DNA from: a bacterium ADurb.Bin236
GTDB lineage: Bacteria > UBP15 > UBA6099
Direction of reading: 5' to 3'
Assembly (NCBI GenBank): GCA_002069885.1
Contig: MWCD01000004.1
Location: forward strand, 11,037-75,036
DNA length: 64,000 nt
Below are positions 59,218-64,000 of this stretch, one piece after another. The notes beneath the pieces were generated by a model. It saw only the letters and a list, made by a program, of their open reading frames with translations, did no database searches and was not told the origin of the DNA. The stretch's first letter is position 1. Each line of letters opens with the position of its first letter. The translations under genes and the position numbers were made by a program.

Positions 59218-59395
59218 ATTATCTCTCCGTTTTGATTTAAAAGGCGTTTTTCATATAGTTGACTAATATACCATAAAACGAAATATCGCACAACGCGTTT
59301 TCAGCTTGCGCTCGCGTCTTTTCCGCATCGCGGCTGCCCGGTCGACGAAAATTGGCGAAACCTTCGACTGAATGATAATTAGAATGAGATTATTG

Positions 59396-60022
59396 TCATG
59401 CTGAGCCGGGGATGCGCAGTTCTCGAAGGTGATCGGTCTCGTTTGACGATACGACTATCCATTTGCCATTACATTTGTTTAGTCTGAAAATCGAACCGAG
59501 TTCAACCGGAGAATTTGCATAATCCACAGGATCGGTTCCGGCAAGCCCGGCAAGAACGCCTTTGATGACTCCCTTGTGAAGAACCGCCAGCGCAGGGGTT
59601 TCCAGCCTCGGAAAAATTTCAGCCGCAGCCACGGCGACTCTTCGGAAGAATCCTTTTTTAGACTCGCCGCCGGGAAAAGTGAAGTCCGTTCCAGTCGTTT
59701 TCCAGAGGTTGTATGCGACCGGGTCTCTGGCTTCGGCTTCCGCAAGGCTCCATCCCTCCCAGAGGCCGAATCCGATTTCTCTCAATCCGTCAAAAGCGAC
59801 AGGTTCCACGCCGGAGCGGGCGGAAACAATAGCGGCGCCTTCGCGCGAGCGCTTCAGCGGGCTTGACGCTACGCTGCGGAAGTCTATCCCCGAAAGCGTC
59901 TCCCCCGCCCTTTTCATCTGCTCGCGTCCGGTTTCGCTCAACTCTATGTCCGTGCTTCCGTACAACCGGATCGAAGATTCGCCCTGCGTCTCTCCGTGCC
60001 TTACCAGTATTAAATCAGCCAT
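59396..60022 (-). CDS. Histidine phosphatase (phosphoglycerate mutase family; CobC/alpha-ribazole phosphatase-like)
   Basis: MADLILVRHGETQ is the RHG motif. The track ORF's Arg-rich N-extension was trimmed. Confidence 0.8.
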   Translation of the reverse strand: MADLILVRHGETQGESSIRLYGSTDIELSETGREQMKRAGETLSGIDFRSVASSPLKRSREGAAIVSARSGVEPVAFDGLREIGFGLWEGWSLAEAEARDPVAYNLWKTTGTDFTFPGGESKKGFFRRVAVAAAEIFPRLETPALAVLHKGVIKGVLAGLAGTDPVDYANSPVELGSIFRLNKCNGKWIVVSSNETDHLRELRIPGSA

Positions 60023-60060
60023 ATTATCCCTTTGCCGCCGCGCGAGATGTTGCCTGCGCG

Positions 60061-61833
60061 TCACATGTCTTCGCTGATGAATCCGAAATATCTTCCCATC
60101 CAGTAAGCAAGCAGATAGTCCTGCGGAGGCTGAACAATGCGGGGGTCGGCTTCGCAGTCGCCTAAACCGTACGGGTCGCCCCACCACACGAAATGGCGGA
60201 CGCATCTTTCCGCTATGGGCCGCGCGTAATTTCCTGTCTGACGCCCCGCCCTGTCCTCGCAGTAAGGCTTGCATTTGTCCGGCGGACATTTTATTTCCTG
60301 AAGCCTCTTTCGGGCGGGAAACTGTTTGAGCATCCGTATGCCGTTGTCCACCGCGCCGTAAGCGTGCCCGTCTGAGCCGGGGCCGACGCGCTTCATCGCC
60401 GCCCACATAAAGTCGAACCAAGCGTTGTTCTGGTTTATCACCGCGCGCGGCTGCCCCTCCGCCCTCATAACATCCGCGTCCAGAGTCTGTTGATAGATTT
60501 CCTTCAGTTCGGGATCCCGCTCAAGCCAGATCAAATCAAACAGACTCAGCATGTGCATCGACACTCCGTTGTAGTTGCTGTAACAGCCTTCGAAACCTCT
60601 GAAGAACCCGTTGGTCGGAAGGTATTTCGTGTAATCGCGCGCAGGCTCGTTCTTGCCTTTGATGCAAACCACCTTCCCGCTCTTCTGCAACAGGCAGTCC
60701 CTGTACCACTTGTCGAGTTTCTCATTGCCGGAAGCAGCATGCGCGACTTTTATGAAAGACAGCGCCATAGCCGCGTTGAACCCGACGAAGTCGTCCATCA
60801 CCCCCGCCCTGATTTTTCCGTGTTCGGTTACGCGCCCGTCCCAGTCAGTGAAATCCATTCCGTTCCTGACCATGTGAGCGCCGACCTGACCCGCCATATC
60901 CGCCACTGTCGCCCTGACCTCTTCATCGTCCACAAGCTGAGAGAGCGCGGCCAGCATGAACATGTGTCCGGAGTATTCGTCCTTGCTGACGTTGTCCAGC
61001 CACTTCCATCCCGCGAACTCCTCTAAGCCGCAATGGTCGGACTTTTGCCATTGCATCGTCGCCGGGTCCACCGCCCAGACGCACCCTTCGTCTCCTATCC
61101 GCACCCACTTGTTGTTCAGCTTGTCCGCGTCTACCGTATAGTGAGACAAGTCTTCGGGAGCAGAAAGACCGGGAATGCCCGGCATCACATACTGCCGCGT
61201 GAGCAGACCGGGGACGCCCGTTATCTTCATCCGGGTGGCTTCGCCTTCGAGAAGCAGTTTTATGTTATTGAGAGTTTGCTCGTCGCGAGTCACAGCGTAT
61301 TTGAAAGCCTGAGCCGCCGTGTACAGAGCGTTCCACAACCCGTCGTTCTCTCCAGAAAGCCACCTTTCCACGTCCTGCCACGTCGCCATCTCCTCTTGAG
61401 GTTCGGCCTTGGAGCAGTCGAGACACGGCGGATTCTGCCCGGGAGCGCAATCCACCTTCGCGCACGGCAGAACAACAGGATTTATCCATTTCAATTTCGG
61501 ATGCAAGTGAAGCCTGACAGCCTGTTCCTCGAAATACGCGGCCTTCTCCGCAAGGGACTCTTTTGTCGCGCGAGGCTCATCCTCGGCCTTCGGCCATGCC
61601 GGGCTGCCATAGCGCCACGGCTCCACGCACTCGCCGGAATCGCACAACATGCCGAAGTCGCGCATGCATTCAACGCGTTTCCATTCCCCCGACTCGCACG
61701 CCGTCGCCGCGTAAGCGTCATCGGAGCATTTCTTAGCCCCGTCTACGCAAGGCTCCTCGCATCGCGCGGGCTGAGTTGCGAGCGCCGCCCACAGCAAAAC
61801 CGCAAATATCGCATTAATCTTCGTTCGTTTCAT
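60061..61833 (-). CDS. Secreted Cys-rich protein of unknown function (possibly an alpha/alpha-barrel glycan-active enzyme)
   Basis: The signal peptide is MKRTKINAIFAVLLWAALA, followed by an N-terminal Cys-rich module (CEEPC...C...C). There is no clear motif match. Confidence 0.45.
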   Translation of the reverse strand: MKRTKINAIFAVLLWAALATQPARCEEPCVDGAKKCSDDAYAATACESGEWKRVECMRDFGMLCDSGECVEPWRYGSPAWPKAEDEPRATKESLAEKAAYFEEQAVRLHLHPKLKWINPVVLPCAKVDCAPGQNPPCLDCSKAEPQEEMATWQDVERWLSGENDGLWNALYTAAQAFKYAVTRDEQTLNNIKLLLEGEATRMKITGVPGLLTRQYVMPGIPGLSAPEDLSHYTVDADKLNNKWVRIGDEGCVWAVDPATMQWQKSDHCGLEEFAGWKWLDNVSKDEYSGHMFMLAALSQLVDDEEVRATVADMAGQVGAHMVRNGMDFTDWDGRVTEHGKIRAGVMDDFVGFNAAMALSFIKVAHAASGNEKLDKWYRDCLLQKSGKVVCIKGKNEPARDYTKYLPTNGFFRGFEGCYSNYNGVSMHMLSLFDLIWLERDPELKEIYQQTLDADVMRAEGQPRAVINQNNAWFDFMWAAMKRVGPGSDGHAYGAVDNGIRMLKQFPARKRLQEIKCPPDKCKPYCEDRAGRQTGNYARPIAERCVRHFVWWGDPYGLGDCEADPRIVQPPQDYLLAYWMGRYFGFISEDM

Positions 61834-61979
61834 ATCATCCCCCGCGCGTTCAAGACCGCAGTCCATTTTAGTCTGTTATTATAGCGCCGTTTCATCGAGT
61901 CATCTTGAATCCGAACCCGGCTTCTTCAATTTTAACCCCTGAACATATATAATCTAACAATCAAATTTTGGAGGAAACA

Positions 61980-62555
61980 ATGAACAGGCAGATCGCATCC
62001 AGACTCTTCACAGCCGCTCTCGTTGTCGCGGTTGTCTTCGCCGCCGGTTGTTCCAAGCGCGGCGTGGATATTTCCGTCAAAGGAGAAAACGGAGAGCAGG
62101 TTCAGATAAAGACTGACGGGAGAGGAACCAACATATCCGTCGAAGGCAAAGATGTGAATGCGGAGTTCAAAGCGGGAAAAGACGGCGGCAAGCTCGAAGT
62201 GCGCGACGAAAAGGGCAATGTGACGGTCGTCGAAACAAACGAAGCCGACTTGAAGGCCCTCGGCGCTCTCGCGTATCCGGGCGCCAAGGTCGTCACAGGC
62301 GGCAGCGTTTCATCGCACGGCGAAAACAAAGGCACATATAAAGGCGCAACTCTTTCAACTTCGGATTCGCTTGATAAAGTCGGCAAATACTACAGGGGCG
62401 TTCTGAAAAACGCCAACGTGGTCGATATGACTGCGACGCAGAAGACCATCATTTTCACAAGCGAAGAAAACAACACGATGAAATCGGTCTCCGTCACACA
62501 AGACTCGAACGACGCGTCGAAGACTCTCATTACTGTTGGAATAATGGAAAAATAG
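61980..62555 (+). CDS. Putative lipoprotein of unknown function
   Basis: MNRQIASRLFTAALVVAVVFAAGCSKRG has a signal peptide and a lipobox-like AAGC. The RBS is GGAGG. Confidence 0.5.
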   Translation: MNRQIASRLFTAALVVAVVFAAGCSKRGVDISVKGENGEQVQIKTDGRGTNISVEGKDVNAEFKAGKDGGKLEVRDEKGNVTVVETNEADLKALGALAYPGAKVVTGGSVSSHGENKGTYKGATLSTSDSLDKVGKYYRGVLKNANVVDMTATQKTIIFTSEENNTMKSVSVTQDSNDASKTLITVGIMEK

Positions 62556-62592
62556 GCGGCGCGCCGACTCGCGCCGCATAGGATGAGGTCTT

Positions 62593-63099
62593 ATGGGTTA
62601 TCGTCAGAAATGGCTCGAAAAAATACGCGCTTCGCTCGCCGAGGCGAACGAAAAAGCCGCCACTCGCGCGGCGGATATCGCCGTGTCTCTCTCCGAAAAA
62701 GCTGACGAAGAGGACGCTTTCGAATTGACCAAGGGCTTCATGGAAATCGTCGAATTCATTCCCGGCATAGTCCTTCTCGCAGGGAATCTCGCCGTCGACG
62801 AGCGGGTTCCGATAGCCGAAAAAATAAAGATCGGCGTTCTTGCCGCATACCTGATTCTGCCGACCGATCTCGTTCTCATGCAGCTTGTCGGGCCGCTGGC
62901 CTTCATGGACGACGTTGTGGTTATCGCCTATCTTCTTTTCAGCATCTGCTCCCTGATAGCGCGGCTGGACGACGATGTGTTGCGCGACAACTGGGTCGGC
63001 AAACCCGGGCAGGTCGATAAACTCGCCGAAGCCGCGCGCGCTGTTTCAGGCATGAGCGGAACCCAGAGGTTCATTCAGTCGACTCAACAACAATTCTGA
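62593..63099 (+). CDS. DUF1232 (YkvA-like) membrane protein
   Basis: ...EFIPGIVLLAGNLAVDERVP...LILPTDLV...MDDVVVIAYLL resembles the DUF1232 signature. Confidence 0.4.
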   Translation: MGYRQKWLEKIRASLAEANEKAATRAADIAVSLSEKADEEDAFELTKGFMEIVEFIPGIVLLAGNLAVDERVPIAEKIKIGVLAAYLILPTDLVLMQLVGPLAFMDDVVVIAYLLFSICSLIARLDDDVLRDNWVGKPGQVDKLAEAARAVSGMSGTQRFIQSTQQQF

Positions 63100-63102
63100 T
63101 AT

Positions 63103-63735
63103 CTATTTGCTTGTTCTTTGCGAAGAGAAAAAACGCAGCAATCTTTCGAGCAGGGAAATATTAGCGCCGGGTTCCGCGACTTTTCGTATAAAAACCTCAG
63201 TCAGTTTCGGATCCAACTTGGAGCCTTCAAGTTTTCGCAACGCCGCCGCCGCTTTCCTAGACGCTAGAGCTTTCCTTTGCGGCCTTTCTGCGGATATCGC
63301 GTCATACACGTCGCAGACCGCAAGCATCCGGGCCGTCGGCGGTATATCCGTTCCCGCCAACCCGTCCGGATAGCCGCTTCCGTCCCACTTCTCATGGTGA
63401 TGCCTTATCGCCAGCCTTACGGTGGCCGGCAGGTCGATGTGGGCTATCCTCGCGGCTTCCACGTGCCGTTTCATCTCTTCCTTTTGCGCATCATTTTCAA
63501 ACGGTTCGCCTTGCGATATCTTTTCGAGCAATTCATTCGGCGTGTCCAGTTTGCCTGTGTCGTGGAGCAACCCGGCTATCGTCATTTCTTTGGCTTGTGG
63601 CAACGGCAGGGACATCGCCGCCGCGAACCTCCCCATCAACATGCCCACCCTTTCGCTATGAAGCCGGGTGTACGGGTCCTTCGCGTCCAACGCGGCAAGC
63701 ATCTCGGCCGTCTGTCTCTCAATTGCGCTCGGCAT
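63103..63735 (-). CDS. HD-GYP domain phosphohydrolase (likely a c-di-GMP phosphodiesterase)
   Basis: ...AGLLHDTGK...HHEKWDGSGYP... Confidence 0.8.
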   Translation of the reverse strand: MPSAIERQTAEMLAALDAKDPYTRLHSERVGMLMGRFAAAMSLPLPQAKEMTIAGLLHDTGKLDTPNELLEKISQGEPFENDAQKEEMKRHVEAARIAHIDLPATVRLAIRHHHEKWDGSGYPDGLAGTDIPPTARMLAVCDVYDAISAERPQRKALASRKAAAALRKLEGSKLDPKLTEVFIRKVAEPGANISLLERLLRFFSSQRTSK

Positions 63736-63839
63736 AATGCTATTATACTCATGCTTAAATGGATTTTTCTATGAGTTCGCCGGGAAAGCATTTTTTCGCA
63801 AAAAAATCAGTTTCCCGCTCCACTCCTTAATGCTCTGAA

Positions 63840-64000
63840 TCCGACACTTTAGAATCTGAACGCCCTCACGTCGTCTATCGCCTCGAACATCGCTTTAAGG
63901 TTCTCTATCGGAGTGTCGTTCTGCAGGCCATTGGTGTGCGCGAGTATGAACCGTCCGCCCTCCGCCGCGACCTTCGCCGTGCCGACGATGTCTTTATACG
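63840..64000 (-). CDS. C-terminal end of an unidentified protein whose N-terminus lies beyond the window edge
   Basis: The open minus-strand frame is ...YKDIVGTAKVAAEGGRFILAHTNGLQNDTPIENLKAMFEAIDDVRAFRF*. Confidence 0.3.

Overview
This 64-kb window comes from a fairly GC-rich (about 58-60%) bacterium that, judging by its gene content, is an anaerobe. Most of it is housekeeping and redox metabolism. I can support these core genes: a 2-subunit 2-oxoacid:ferredoxin oxidoreductase with fused alpha-beta and gamma-delta subunits, hisF, ornithine aminotransferase, rubrerythrin, a 5-heme c-type cytochrome, groES-groEL behind a CIRCE operator, a histidine kinase / CheY-like / NtrC-type sigma-54 phosphorelay, cell-wall enzymes (SpoIID-like, Amidase_3, FtsX-like permease), a TetR-controlled RND efflux operon, copA, and the conserved ffh-rpsP-KH-rimM-trmD-rplS-lepB cluster, followed by an alpha-glucan phosphorylase, a histidine phosphatase and an HD-GYP protein. 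The most interesting stretch is an accessory region at roughly 12.0-22.7 kb, in two parts. (i) An ~8-kb TetR-regulated catabolic block (acyl-CoA dehydrogenase, acetoacetate-decarboxylase-like protein, an 863-aa glycyl radical enzyme with no activase nearby, an extended-SDR epimerase/dehydratase and a classical SDR). It is bounded by two imperfect direct repeats of about 135 bp. Each repeat copies the last ~40 codons plus ~25 bp downstream of a DUF362 gene, and the right-hand copy survives as a start-less 42-codon remnant. (ii) Immediately to the right, a distinctly AT-rich insertion carries a translationally coupled two-gene module: an ABC/AAA_21-type ATPase and a small TOPRIM-like (DUF4276-like) protein. 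This is the architecture of a split OLD/PARIS/AbiL-like antiphage system that, as far as I can tell, has not been characterised. A PDZ-domain gene fragment sits at its far edge. Other points worth a second look: a frameshifted comEA, a short HgdB-like / HgdC-like activase pair next to a ClpX-like ATPase that lacks the Zn-finger and GYVG pore loop, an RRM protein with a long RGG/GGY tail and a long structured 5' leader, and a GT-C + Dpm1-like GT2 pair. I found no rRNA, tRNA, CRISPR array, transposase or integrase.
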